A stretch of 54,664 bases of DNA, filler included, from Stramenopiles sp. TOSAG23-2 (lineage: Eukaryota), in NCBI GenBank assembly GCA_900128395.1. It is 4 parts of 4 records of this genome, joined end to end, with 100 filler letters (N's around TTAATTAATTAA, not from the genome) between each part and the next. Parts side by side here need not be neighbours in the genome. Positions count along the whole stretch, not along the records: positions 41,089 to 54,664 come from LT649796.1; 3 more parts are not named here. One strand, 5' to 3'. Each line of letters starts with the position of its first letter. The stretch's first letter is position 1. Shown piece after piece: positions 54,110-54,664 of this stretch. A program made the translations under genes and the position numbers. Under the pieces are notes generated by a model. It saw only the letters and a list, made by a program, of their open reading frames with translations, searched no databases and was not told where the DNA came from.

Positions 54110-54664
54110 ATGAACGATTCACCTTTTAAACAATATACTACGATGATGATGGCGATAATAACGATGATGGAAATATCATTTGTATTAGTAGCATCATCAT
54201 TCACATCATCAAATATTCCACCATCATCCCCTACTAGTATTATTTCTCAAACGAACCTTCGAACAAATACTGTATATAATAATAATAATAATCAAATTAT
54301 ATTGCCANNNNNNNNNNNNNNNNNNNNNNNNNNNNNNNNNNNNNNNNNNNNNNNNNNNNNNNNNNNNNNNNNNNNNNNNNNNNNNNNNNAAATTATATTG
54401 CCATCGATATATGGATCTCATCAAGTATTTAAACATTCAACATCACAAATAGTATGGGGTATCGCCGAACCAGATGATGATATTAATATTAAATTATCTG
54501 ATAATAGTTTTCATAATACAGTTAAATCAGACGCTAAAACAGGTAGATTTGAATTTTTATTACCATCACATCCACCAACACCAATATCATCATCAATTGA
54601 TATTGTAATAACATCAACAAAAGATAGCCTTACGTTGACTGATATTACGTTTGGGGAAGTATTA
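54110..54664 (+). CDS. Sialate O-acetylesterase-like protein, N-terminal part (runs off the window; alternative ATG at 54041)
   Basis: Not in the ORF track. Reads in frame across the 81-N gap: hydrophobic leader, then LPSIYGSHQVFK...IVWGIAEP...GRFEFLLP...LTLTDITFGEVL, matching the family N-terminus that precedes the GQSN catalytic motif. Confidence 0.75.
   Translation, partial: MNDSPFKQYTTMMMAIITMMEISFVLVASSFTSSNIPPSSPTSIISQTNLRTNTVYNNNNNQIILPXXXXXXXXXXXXXXXXXXXXXXXXXXXXIILPSIYGSHQVFKHSTSQIVWGIAEPDDDINIKLSDNSFHNTVKSDAKTGRFEFLLPSHPPTPISSSIDIVITSTKDSLTLTDITFGEVL
54308..54388. other. Scaffold gap of 81 N with overlapping flanks
   Basis: aaattatattgcca occurs on both sides of the gap, so the true gap is probably zero or negative. 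Confidence 0.85.

Noticed and set aside
53491-54204. Track ORFs of 61, 129 and 95 aa
   Set aside because: They are translations of the AT-rich repeat element or antisense to the esterase gene.

Overview
Eukaryotic nuclear DNA: AT-rich, gene-dense, intron-poor, standard genetic code (TAA, TAG and TGA all end long ORFs), with many poly-Asn (AAT)n tracts. A heterotrophic protist such as an uncultured stramenopile SAG/MAG is plausible but is only an inference. The window is not one locus. It is four pieces (1-13620, 13721-27311, 27412-40988, 41089-54664; lengths 13620, 13591, 13577, 13576, i.e. sorted by size) joined by artificial 100-nt N44-TTAATTAATTAA-N44 linkers, so gene order across linkers carries no information. 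About 24 protein genes or fragments are recognisable: MCM6, importin-9, a Sec23-like protein, MOB1-like, TRM11-like, RMP1/NEPRO-like, ABCC transporter, bacterial-type FadH, EBP-like, MAPEG, APH/EcKinase-like, several LRR proteins, Kelch-MORN, a truncated sacsin-like protein and a sialate O-acetylesterase start. The best candidate for a novel system is a single polypeptide with TIR (catalytic Glu retained), a putative TRADD-N-like domain and two SAP-like DNA-binding modules (741-2819). Other highlights: a stand-alone FAS-type acyltransferase with Gln at the malonyl-binding Arg position, a multi-pass TM-LRR-LNR receptor-like protein, a half-RING/half-U-box C-terminus, and a foldback element holding a templated inverted copy of neighbouring coding DNA. 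Several duplications and chimeric junctions look like amplification or assembly artefacts. All calls come from motifs read by eye; no searches were run.
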